Origin: an uncultured Methyloversatilis sp.
Lineage (GTDB): Bacteria > Pseudomonadota > Gammaproteobacteria > Burkholderiales > Rhodocyclaceae
Direction: 5' to 3'
NCBI GenBank assembly: GCA_964617225.1
Contig: CAZTWA010000001.1
Location: 1 to 38,160 of the forward strand
Length of the DNA: 38,160 nt
Shown: one piece after another, positions 30,071 through 38,159 of the stretch
Position numbering within the stretch: the first letter of the stretch is position 1
Layout: every line of letters starts with the position of its first letter
Notes under the pieces: generated by a model
The model's input: only the letters and a program-made list of their open reading frames with translations
The model's database searches: none
Told to the model about the DNA's origin: nothing
Position numbers and translations under genes: made by a program

Positions 30071-31054
30071 ATGCCAACGATTCCCGCAGCGGAACACCTT
30101 ATCGCGCTCGCCCGGCGTGTCCTCGCCATCGAGGCCGAGGCGATCGAAAAAATCTCCGCGCGACTGGATGGCAGCTTTGCCGCAGCGGTCGGGCTCATTC
30201 TCGCCTGTCATGGCCGCGTCATCGTCAGCGGCATCGGCAAGTCCGGCCACATCGCCCGCAAGATCGCCGCCACCATGGCCAGTACCGGCACCCCCGCCTA
30301 CTTCGTCCATGCCGCCGAGGCAGTGCATGGCGACCTCGGCATGATCGCGCGCGACGACGTGCTGATCGCCCTCTCCAACTCCGGCAAGAACGACGAGTTG
30401 CTGACCATCGTGCCGCTGGTGAAGCGCCAGGGCGGCAAGCTGATCACGATCACCGGCAACCCGGCGTCCGCGCTGGCGAAGGAAGCCGACGTCCATCTCG
30501 ATGCCCGCGTCGACGAGGAAGCCTGCCCGCTCAACCTCGCGCCCACGGCCAGCACCACCGCGGCGCTGGCGCTCGGCGACGCGCTCGCCGTCGCGCTGCT
30601 CGACGCCCGCGGTTTCGGCGCCGAGGACTTCGCGCGCTCGCACCCGGGTGGCGCGCTGGGCCGCAAGCTGCTCACCCATGTGCGGGACGTCATGCAGCCC
30701 GCCGAACGCGTCGCCACCGTCGCGGATACCGCGGCGATCCCAGCCGTGCTCGCCGCAATCTCGCGCGGCGGCATGGGCATGGCGGCAGTGCTCGATGCTT
30801 CTGGCAAAGTGGCCGGCATCTTCACCGACGGCGACCTGCGCCGCGCACTGGAAAAGCTGGGTGACCTGCGGCCCGTTGCGGTCGGCGAACTCATGAGCCG
30901 GAATCCGCGGTCCATCGGCCCGGACCGCCTCGCCGTCGAAGCCGTCGAGATGATGGAGCGGCACAAGATCAACCAGTTGCTCGTCATCGATGCCGCCGGC
31001 CAACTCGCCGGCGCCCTCAACATGCACGACCTTTTCCGCGCCAAGGTGGTCTGA
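30071..31054 (+). CDS. kdsD: Arabinose-5-phosphate isomerase
   Basis: GIGKSGHIARK, HGDLG, LAPTASTT, HPGGALG, CBS pair. Confidence 0.97.
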   Translation: MPTIPAAEHLIALARRVLAIEAEAIEKISARLDGSFAAAVGLILACHGRVIVSGIGKSGHIARKIAATMASTGTPAYFVHAAEAVHGDLGMIARDDVLIALSNSGKNDELLTIVPLVKRQGGKLITITGNPASALAKEADVHLDARVDEEACPLNLAPTASTTAALALGDALAVALLDARGFGAEDFARSHPGGALGRKLLTHVRDVMQPAERVATVADTAAIPAVLAAISRGGMGMAAVLDASGKVAGIFTDGDLRRALEKLGDLRPVAVGELMSRNPRSIGPDRLAVEAVEMMERHKINQLLVIDAAGQLAGALNMHDLFRAKVV

Positions 31055-31575
31055 TGGATTGCACAGCACACGCTGCCCAAGTTCGCCTGATGGGCTTCGA
31101 CATCGACGGGGTGATGACCGACGGACGGCTCTACTTCGGCCCCGAGGGTGATTTCTGCAAGGCCTTTTTCAGCCGCGACGGCCTCGGCCTCAAGCTGCTG
31201 GCCAAGTCCGGCGTCAAACTCGCGATCATCACCGGCCGCGACGCGCCGATCGTCACCCAGCGTGCCGCCAATCTGGGGATCGGCCTTGTCATGCAAGGCA
31301 TCGAGGACAAGCGCACCGCGATGGCCTCGCTGTTGGCCCGCGAAAAATTGAGCTTCGAGCAGTGCGGCTATATGGGCGACGACCTGATCGACCTGCCGCT
31401 GCTGCGCAAGGTCGGCTTCTCCGCCACCGTTCCGGATGGTCATGAACTGGTCCGCCGCCATGTCTGCTACGTGGCACGCGCGCCGGCGGGCGCCGGTGCC
31501 GTGCGCGAGGTCTGCGAATACATCCTGCGTGCCCAAGGCACGTGGGATCGCGTGATGGCGCCCTACCTCGTCTGA
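31054..31575 (+). CDS. kdsC: KDO 8-phosphate phosphatase
   Basis: HAD motif DIDGVMTDG, GDDLID, GAVREVCE. Confidence 0.95.
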   Translation: MDCTAHAAQVRLMGFDIDGVMTDGRLYFGPEGDFCKAFFSRDGLGLKLLAKSGVKLAIITGRDAPIVTQRAANLGIGLVMQGIEDKRTAMASLLAREKLSFEQCGYMGDDLIDLPLLRKVGFSATVPDGHELVRRHVCYVARAPAGAGAVREVCEYILRAQGTWDRVMAPYLV

Positions 31576-31586
31576 AGCGCCCGGGC

Positions 31587-32372
31587 ATGACCACGCGCAC
31601 CAGCCCGACGGCCACCCTGTTCCCGCTCCTGCTGGCCGGGCTGCTGGCCGGCATGAGCTTCTGGCTCGAAATGGCCAGCCGCGCGCCTGCCGGGGGCGTC
31701 GACGCAAAGTTGCGCCACGATCCGGATTACATCATCCAGAATTTCGAGGTCCGCCGGTTCGACCCGCAGGGCCTTTTGCAACACACGGTCGTCGCCGAGC
31801 AGATGCGCCACTATCCGGACGACGACAGCACGATCGTCACTGCACCGCGCATCACCTATCACCGCGAGCCGCCCACCTTCGTCAGCGCCCGCGAGGCACT
31901 GGTCGGCAGCAAGGGCGAGCATGTCACCCTGATCGACGAGGTGAGCGTCCGTCGCAGCGGAATCGGCAACAAGCCGGACACGGTCCTCACCACGACGCGG
32001 CTTGACGTCTGGCCCGACGACGAAGTCGCCAAATCCGACGTGCCGGTAACGATCACCCAAGGCAAGACGCACGTGCAGGGCAGCGGGCTCAGCGTAGATA
32101 ACAAGACCTCGATCTATACGCTCGAAGGCCCGGTCCAGGGCGTATTCTTTCGCAAAGGCAACACCTTGGCGGATATACCGGCCGCGGCTGAAGTGCAAAC
32201 GCCTGCCGCACCGGCCCTCGCCCCGGCGCCGGCACTCCCGAAACCCGCTGGAACCACGGTCAAGCCTCAGGCCAAACCGAAGACGGTGACGAAAACGAAT
32301 TCCAAGACCAAGGCCGCCCCGAAACCCAAGTCCAAGACGAAAACCCCATCGAAACCCAAATCGAATCGCTGA
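31587..32372 (+). CDS. lptC: LPS export protein LptC with Pro/Lys-rich C-terminal tail
   Basis: N-terminal TM, HDPDYI, HYPDDDS, beta-jellyroll-like body; between kdsC and lptA. Confidence 0.9.
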   Translation: MTTRTSPTATLFPLLLAGLLAGMSFWLEMASRAPAGGVDAKLRHDPDYIIQNFEVRRFDPQGLLQHTVVAEQMRHYPDDDSTIVTAPRITYHREPPTFVSAREALVGSKGEHVTLIDEVSVRRSGIGNKPDTVLTTTRLDVWPDDEVAKSDVPVTITQGKTHVQGSGLSVDNKTSIYTLEGPVQGVFFRKGNTLADIPAAAEVQTPAAPALAPAPALPKPAGTTVKPQAKPKTVTKTNSKTKAAPKPKSKTKTPSKPKSNR

Positions 32373-32373
32373 C

Positions 32374-32928
32374 ATGAATGCCATCGCCCGCCCCCTGCTC
32401 CTCGTTCCCTTGCTGGCCCTCCTGACCTGCGGCAATGCGCTTGCCGAGCGCGCCGACCGGGACAAGCCGGTGCACCTCGAAGCCGCGCGCGTGACCGTGG
32501 ATGACGTCAAGCGCACGCATATCTTCGAAGGCAATGTCGTGCTGTCGCAAGGCACGCTGGTCATCCGCACGGCCAAGCTGGTCGTGACACAGGATGCCGA
32601 GGGCTTCCAGAAAGGCGTGGCAACGAGCGGCGACGGCGGCCTGGCCCGTTTCCGGCAGAAACGCGAAGGCAAGGACGAATACATCGACGGCGAGGCCGAG
32701 CGCATCGAGTACGACGCGCGCGGCGAAAAGGCCGAGTTCTTCAACCGGGCCTTCGTGAAGAGCGGGGCCGACGAAGTGCGCGGCCACTACATTTCCTACG
32801 ACGGCCGGACCGAGCAGTACCTGGTGACCGCAACGCCGGGCGCCAGCCCGGGCACCAAGGAAGGCCGCGTCACCGCCATCATCCAGCCGAAGAACGCCAA
32901 GCCGGCCCCCGCAGCTCCGGCGCGCTGA
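32374..32928 (+). CDS. lptA: LPS transport periplasmic protein LptA
   Basis: Signal peptide, ADRDKPVHLEA, FEGNVVLSQG, GRVTAIIQP. Confidence 0.94.
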   Translation: MNAIARPLLLVPLLALLTCGNALAERADRDKPVHLEAARVTVDDVKRTHIFEGNVVLSQGTLVIRTAKLVVTQDAEGFQKGVATSGDGGLARFRQKREGKDEYIDGEAERIEYDARGEKAEFFNRAFVKSGADEVRGHYISYDGRTEQYLVTATPGASPGTKEGRVTAIIQPKNAKPAPAAPAR

Positions 32929-32941
32929 CCCCCCCCAAGGA

Positions 32942-32968
32942 TGCGGCAGGGCAACATGCCCTGCCGCA
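32942..32968 (+). terminator. Hairpin after lptA (probable terminator)
   Basis: TGCGGCAGGGCA-ACA-TGCCCTGCCGCA, 12-bp perfect stem, weak T-tract. Confidence 0.6.
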
Positions 32969-33067
32969 GTTGCCTTTTCAGGCCGAAGCTGCGCCTGATA
33001 ACCCCAAAAATAACATCCTAAGTCATTGATATGTTATTAATGTTGTATTTGCACACACTTTTTTTGT

Positions 33068-33135
33068 TGCATTGCACAATAATTCGCTTGACTTCGGAAA
33101 GTCCATCCCTATAATGAAAACCATGATGCACTGCA
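33068..33135 (+). promoter_or_regulatory. Sigma70 promoter of phasin flanked by PhaR-like TGC-N3-GCA boxes
   Basis: TTGACT (33088-33093), 16 nt, TATAAT (33110-33115); TGCATTGCA at 33068 and TGCACTGCA at 33127. Confidence 0.75.
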
Positions 33136-33220
33136 ACAAATCGCATCGATCTTGTTTCAGCCTGTTTGCACCACGATTTTTGAACCTTCAATCTTGAACT
33201 TTCATTTTTAGGAGATCGCC

Positions 33221-33778
33221 ATGTACACGACCCCCGAACAACTCGCCGGCGCCAACAAAGCCAACGTCGAATCCCTGCTGACCGTCGCGAACACCGCGTT
33301 TGCCAGCGCCGAGCGCCTTGCCGCCCTGAACCTGAACACCGCGCGTACCCTGCTCGAAGACAGCGTCAATACCGCCAAGACCCTGCTGTCCGCCAAGGAC
33401 GTCCAGGAACTGGTGAGCATGCAAGCCGCCCTGGCCCAGCCCGCTTTCGAAAAGGCCATCGCCTACTCGCGCAGCGTGTATGAAATCGCCAGCCAGACTC
33501 AGGAAGAGTTCTCCAAGATTTTCGACAGCCAGTACGTCGAAATGAACAAGAACGTCACCTCCGTCCTGGACAAGGCCGTCAAGAACGCCCCCGCCGGTTC
33601 CGACGTCGCCGTCGCTGCCGTCAAGTCCGCGATCGCCGCCGCCAACTCCGCCTACGAGACCATGAACAAGGCCGCCAAGCAGGTTGCCGAGATGGCCGAA
33701 GCGAACGTTGCCGCCGCGACCACCGCGACCGTCAAGGCTGTTGGCGCCACCGCCGCGAAGGCCAAGAAGGCCGCCTAA
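33221..33778 (+). CDS. phaP: Phasin (PHA granule-associated protein)
   Basis: TPEQ..ANKAN, ERLAALNL, KNAPAGSDVAVAAVKSA; AGGAG RBS. Confidence 0.95.
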   Translation: MYTTPEQLAGANKANVESLLTVANTAFASAERLAALNLNTARTLLEDSVNTAKTLLSAKDVQELVSMQAALAQPAFEKAIAYSRSVYEIASQTQEEFSKIFDSQYVEMNKNVTSVLDKAVKNAPAGSDVAVAAVKSAIAAANSAYETMNKAAKQVAEMAEANVAAATTATVKAVGATAAKAKKAA

Positions 33779-33819
33779 TTCGGCTGCTTAATACGGCGCG
33801 CTGTATTGCCGTTAAGAGA

Positions 33820-33890
33820 TTCAACCTCTCCTCCTCCGGTTCCGCAAAGGAACCGTTTCAGCCCAGACCTCAGGTCTGGGCTTTTTTTTT
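33820..33890 (+). ncRNA. Candidate CU-rich small RNA in the phasin 3' region, ending in an intrinsic terminator
   Basis: CCTCTCCTCCTC anti-SD-like tract, CGGTTCC-GCAAA-GGAACCG hairpin, GCCCAGACC/GGTCTGGGC stem plus T9. Confidence 0.6.
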
Positions 33891-33909
33891 GCCTGCGCCG
33901 AGGGGAAGG

Positions 33910-33932
33910 GCCGTCTCGCGGAAGCTGACTTT
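33910..33932 (-). repeat. DUS-like dispersed motif copy 9 (AAAGTCAGC TTCC GC GA GACGGC)
   Basis: Starts in the TGA stop of the CinA-like gene and runs into the intergenic region. Confidence 0.88.
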
Positions 33933-34693
33933 CAGGATTTGATATCGAAGCTGTAGCCGACGGCAGCCACGCCGGCCTTGAGCACCTCGATCGCTTGAGC
34001 GACGGCTTCCGGCGCGCCACGCACGCCCAACTCGACATGCCGCCGTACCGTTTCGTTGCCGAAGGTCGGCAGGCTGAACACCGTGAGGCCCGGAAAATCG
34101 GCTTCCGTCTGGCGCATCAGGTCGAGCATATTGCCCTCGAGGCCATCCCAGACGAGGATCGCGGCCTCGGTTTCGGCGTTCTGCCGGAAGTCGTCGGCGT
34201 AATCGGTGTCGAGCACCCACTCGGCCATCGGCCAGGCCATCTGCGGGAAGCCCGGCAGGAAATGATGGTCGCCATAGGAAAACCCCGGTATCCGGTTGAA
34301 CGGATTCGGAATGATGCGGCTGCCTTGAGGAACCGTCCCCAACTCCAGACGCGCCGCAGTCACCGGCTGGCCCATCTCGGCCATGCGTGCGCGGATCTCG
34401 CGCTCGGCGTCGGGATTCAATTCGAGCGGCACGCCGGCCGCGGCGGCCGCGGCCTGGCGCGTATGGTCGTCCGGTGTGACGCCGATGCCGCCACAGCTGA
34501 ACACGACATCGCCGCTCGCCAGCGTGCGCCGCAGCGTCTCGATCAGGCGCGGCCGCTCATCGCCAAGGTACTGCACCCATGAGAAAACCAGCCCGCGCGT
34601 GCCAAGGATCTCGACGAATTTCGCCATGTGCTTGTCCTGGCGCTTGCCGCGCATGATTTCGTCGCCGATGACGATCAGGCCATAAGTTCTCAT
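33932..34693 (-). CDS. CinA N-terminal-like / MoCF-biosynthesis-domain protein
   Basis: IVIGDEI..G.RQD, GGIGVTPDDHT, LPGFP. Confidence 0.9.
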   Translation of the reverse strand: MRTYGLIVIGDEIMRGKRQDKHMAKFVEILGTRGLVFSWVQYLGDERPRLIETLRRTLASGDVVFSCGGIGVTPDDHTRQAAAAAAGVPLELNPDAEREIRARMAEMGQPVTAARLELGTVPQGSRIIPNPFNRIPGFSYGDHHFLPGFPQMAWPMAEWVLDTDYADDFRQNAETEAAILVWDGLEGNMLDLMRQTEADFPGLTVFSLPTFGNETVRRHVELGVRGAPEAVAQAIEVLKAGVAAVGYSFDIKS

Positions 34694-35412
34694 ACCGGGA
34701 TTCCTTGTCGATTACGCAGCTCGCGCAGGGCCGCGAGGCAGAGATGGACGAACAACAGCGCCGCGAAGCCCGGCGCCAGCAGGTGCGCGACCGGTACATA
34801 GGCCAGCAGCGCGCTGGACAGGCCGGCGCCGTACAGGCCGCCGCGTTCGCTGCGGAACAGGCGTTCCCGCTCCTCGGGCAGCGCATGCTCCGCCAGCGCA
34901 TCGAAACGGAAGGCACGCTGGTTGAGCCAGGCCGACCACAACAGCGGCAGCACGAACAAGGCGCCGGGAACCAGTAGCAACGGCAAGGTGACCAGCCAGC
35001 CCGCGACGAAGATGGCGCTGGCGGCCAGCGTGTTCCAGACGCTGCCCCAGAGTGCCGCGCTGGCCGAGCCCTGCCGCGACACATCCGGGTAATCGCGTGC
35101 CGCGACCAGCGTCATCATGCGCGGCAGCGCGAAAGTCGCGACCAAGAGCAGGGCCGTCACATAGACGAGCGGCGCGAAAATGAAAAACACGGCCACATGC
35201 GCCAGCCACGGGCCGAGCCAAGCCAGCCACGGCCAGTCGGGCATCGCGCCGGCGATCCACGTTGCCGCGGGCAGCCAGGCGAACCAAGCGACCGCCGACC
35301 AGAGAACGAAGGCCACCACCGGCGGCCACAGCACATGGAACAGCAGTCCTGGCCGCAGCAGGTCGCGACCGGCGCGCAGCAGCGATTGTGTCAAGCGTTC
35401 CAAGGGTGTCAT
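34690..35412 (-). CDS. EI24/CysZ-like membrane protein
   Basis: Several TM helices, RAFRFDALAEHA; start overlaps the hrpA stop. Confidence 0.8.
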   Translation of the reverse strand: MTPLERLTQSLLRAGRDLLRPGLLFHVLWPPVVAFVLWSAVAWFAWLPAATWIAGAMPDWPWLAWLGPWLAHVAVFFIFAPLVYVTALLLVATFALPRMMTLVAARDYPDVSRQGSASAALWGSVWNTLAASAIFVAGWLVTLPLLLVPGALFVLPLLWSAWLNQRAFRFDALAEHALPEERERLFRSERGGLYGAGLSSALLAYVPVAHLLAPGFAALLFVHLCLAALRELRNRQGIPV

Positions 35413-38159
35413 CGGGGGCGTCCTTCCCACATTTTCTGCAAGCGTTTCACCGAGACCGGGCTCGGCGTGCGGAGTTCCTGCGCGAACAGTGCGACGCGCA
35501 ATTCCTCCAGCAGCCAGCGGAATTCTTCCAGAAAGCCGTCGTGGCTGCCCGACTTGCGCATCTGCACGACTTCGCGCGCCCAGGGTTTGGCCAGCCCCTG
35601 CCAGTCGGCCATGAGGCGCGCATCGCGCGCGGCATCGTTCTTCGCCTTGTCGAGGCGCAGGGCGATGGCCTTCAGGTAACGCGGAAAGTGCTGCAAGCGT
35701 TCGTAGGGCGTGGCGATGATGAAGCGTTTCGTGACCAGCTCGGCCAACTGCGCCGCAATGTCGTCACACGCCAGGGGAAACGCCTTCTGCGCGGCGGCCA
35801 GCTTTTTCTGCACAGCGGCCTGCTCGGCAAGGATAGTCGCGGCCAGGCGCACGATTTCCTGCGCGACGAGCAGGATGCGCCCTTTCGCCGCATCGCGCCG
35901 CGCGGCGAAGCCCTGTTCATCGACCGGCAGCGGGTCCATGAGGCAGGTGCGTTCAAGCGTCGCGGCGACGATCTGCTCACGCAACGCTTGCTCAGTGCCC
36001 AGGGCCATGTATTGCAGGGCCATCGCACGCAGGTCAGGCAGCTTCTCAATGCTCTGCACCTGCGCCTTGAGTTGCAGTGCGAAGAGGCGGGCCAGGCCCT
36101 TGCGATGCTCTTCCCGCGCCTTGTCTTCGGTGTCGAAGGCCGTCAGGCGAACGCCATCGCCCACATCGACCAGCGCGGGGAAGCCGATGACCTGCCGCCC
36201 GGCCACCTCGACCTCGAGCAGTTCCGGCAGCGCGCCAAACGTCCAGGCCGTCGATCTTTCACCGCCCTGTGCCGTCTCGCCAGCGCTGACTTTCACGTCC
36301 GCCGCCGAAAACGCCTCTGTCACACGATCGCCGTACTGCGCGCGCAGCTCGGCGAGGTTGCGCGAGAGCGTCAGCGTCGCGCCATGCGCGTCGAGCAGAC
36401 GGATATTCATGAACAGGTGCGGCCGCAGCTCGCCCGGGCGCAGCGCATCGAGGGGCAGTTTCAGCGCGATCTTTTCTTCGATCGCGCGCGTCAGCGCCTT
36501 GGCGAGCGGCTCGTCGGTGTCGCGCGCTGCGTCGCAAAAGGCCTCGGCGAAGCCGTCGAGCGGCTGCACGCGATGCCGATATTTCTGCGGCAGCGTCTTG
36601 AGCAACGCGACGACCTTCTCCTTGAGCAGGCCCGGCACCAGCCATTCGATCCGCGTCGCGGGCACCTGGTTGAGGGCCGTCAGCGGCAGCGCCAGGGTCA
36701 CGCCGTCGTCCGCCGCCCCGGGGTCGTGCTTATAGGCGAGCGAATATTTCTGGCCGCGGTGCGCGAGGAACGGCGGGAAGGCATCGGTGGTGATGCCCGC
36801 CGCCTCATGACGCATCAACTGGTCCTTGTCGAGGAACAGCAATTTCGGGTTGTCGCGCTCCGCATCGCGCCGCCACTTGTCGAAGGCGACCACGGTCGTG
36901 ATGTCCTCGGGCACGAGCGCGTCGAAGAATGCATACACCAGCGCGTCATCCACCAGCACGTCGGGGCGGCGCGATTTGTGTTCGAGGCGCTCGATCTCCA
37001 TCTTCAGCTTCTGATAGTGCTGCAGGAAGCGCCACCGCTTGAACCAGTCCTCCCCGACCTCGCCGGCGACGAGGGCGCCGCGGATGAAGAGCTCGCGCGC
37101 CTCCTGCGGATTCATGGGGCCGTAATGCACGCGCCGCTTGGCATGCAACGTCAGGCCGTGCAGCGTGACGCGTTCCCAGGCCACGACCTGCCCCGGCCCC
37201 TTCTCCCAATGCGGCTCGTAGACATGGCGGCGCAGCAGGTGCGCGCCAACCTGCTCCAGCCATTCCGGTTCGATCTTCGCGATACATCGGGCGAACAGGC
37301 GCGAGGTCTCGACCAGCTCCGCCGCGACGATCCACCGGCCCGCCTTCTTCACCAGCGCCGAGCCCGGATGGATGAAATACTTGATGCCGCGCGCGCCGAA
37401 ATAATTCTTATCGTCTTCGTTGATCAGGCCGATATGGCCCAGAAGGCCGGTGAGCAACGCTTTGTGGATGCTCTCGTAGTTCGCGGCGAGTTGATTTTCC
37501 TTCCAGCCGTGTTCATGACAGAGCGTCATCAACTGGCCGTGCACGTCGCGCCACTCGCGCAGCCGCAGCCAGTTGATGAAATTTGACCGGCACCACTGCT
37601 TCTGCTTGCTGGAGGTTTCGTGCTTCCACACTTCGTCGGCCGCCGTCCAGAGCTTGAGGTAGGACAGGAACTCGGATTTTTCGTCCTTCCACTTTGCGTG
37701 CGCCTGGTCGGCGGCGGCGGCCTGCTCCTGCGGCCGGTCGCGCGGATCCTGCGTGGACAGCGCGGCGGCGATGACCAGCATTTCCTTGAGGCAGCCCAGT
37801 TCGCGCGCGGCGAGGATCATGCGGCCGATCTTGGGATCGAGCGGCAGCTTCGCCAGTTCGCGGCCGACCGGGGTAAGTTCCTTGCTGGTTTCGTCGATGG
37901 CCCCCAGCTCGGCGAGCAGGGTGTAGCCATCCGCAACCATGCGCGGTAGCGGCGCTTCGAGGAAGGGGAAGCGCTCCACGTCACCGAGGTGCAGCGACTT
38001 CATGCGCAGGATCACGCCGGCGAGCGAGGAACGCAGTATCTCGGGGTCGGTGTAGGGCGCGCGCTTGCCGAAGTCCTCTTCCGAATACAGCCGGAAGCAG
38101 ACCCCGGACGAAACGCGGCCGCAACGGCCGGCGCGCTGGTTCGCCGCCGCGCGCGCGAT
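35409..38159 (-). CDS. hrpA: ATP-dependent RNA helicase HrpA (5'-truncated by window edge)
   Basis: Frame open to the edge; motif VI QRAGRCGR, HA2 LPLDPKIGRM, C-terminal EELRVALFAQEL. Confidence 0.97.
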   Translation of the reverse strand: MARAAANQRAGRCGRVSSGVCFRLYSEEDFGKRAPYTDPEILRSSLAGVILRMKSLHLGDVERFPFLEAPLPRMVADGYTLLAELGAIDETSKELTPVGRELAKLPLDPKIGRMILAARELGCLKEMLVIAAALSTQDPRDRPQEQAAAADQAHAKWKDEKSEFLSYLKLWTAADEVWKHETSSKQKQWCRSNFINWLRLREWRDVHGQLMTLCHEHGWKENQLAANYESIHKALLTGLLGHIGLINEDDKNYFGARGIKYFIHPGSALVKKAGRWIVAAELVETSRLFARCIAKIEPEWLEQVGAHLLRRHVYEPHWEKGPGQVVAWERVTLHGLTLHAKRRVHYGPMNPQEARELFIRGALVAGEVGEDWFKRWRFLQHYQKLKMEIERLEHKSRRPDVLVDDALVYAFFDALVPEDITTVVAFDKWRRDAERDNPKLLFLDKDQLMRHEAAGITTDAFPPFLAHRGQKYSLAYKHDPGAADDGVTLALPLTALNQVPATRIEWLVPGLLKEKVVALLKTLPQKYRHRVQPLDGFAEAFCDAARDTDEPLAKALTRAIEEKIALKLPLDALRPGELRPHLFMNIRLLDAHGATLTLSRNLAELRAQYGDRVTEAFSAADVKVSAGETAQGGERSTAWTFGALPELLEVEVAGRQVIGFPALVDVGDGVRLTAFDTEDKAREEHRKGLARLFALQLKAQVQSIEKLPDLRAMALQYMALGTEQALREQIVAATLERTCLMDPLPVDEQGFAARRDAAKGRILLVAQEIVRLAATILAEQAAVQKKLAAAQKAFPLACDDIAAQLAELVTKRFIIATPYERLQHFPRYLKAIALRLDKAKNDAARDARLMADWQGLAKPWAREVVQMRKSGSHDGFLEEFRWLLEELRVALFAQELRTPSPVSVKRLQKMWEGRPR
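36271..36293 (-). repeat. DUS-like dispersed motif copy 10 (AAAGTCAGC GCTG GC GA GACGGC)
   Basis: In a linker-like segment of hrpA, read as KVSAGETA; identical to copy 6. Confidence 0.9.

Noticed and set aside
29968-30198. N-terminal extensions from the ORF track (antiporter 30198, rph 18262, ccmH 1463, thiS 24032, apt 4803)
   Set aside because: They overlap neighbouring genes; downstream starts with an RBS or stop/start coupling fit better.
33932-34693. CinA-like gene as evidence of competence
   Set aside because: The 'competence/damage-inducible' name is historical; the family is widespread in nucleotide/cofactor metabolism, so it does not support the DUS hypothesis.
2321-36293. Reading the 23-bp motif as a CRISPR repeat, REP/MITE, Chi or KOPS
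   Set aside because: Copies are kilobases apart with no array or cas genes, are not palindromic beyond GTC/GAC, sit inside essential ORFs, and show no strand bias (5 and 5).
35262-37586. Long antisense or alternate-frame ORFs (35262-37586, 27427-28986, 9702-11369, 7506-9107, 2155-3579)
   Set aside because: Shadows of GC3-rich real genes with no recognisable motifs.
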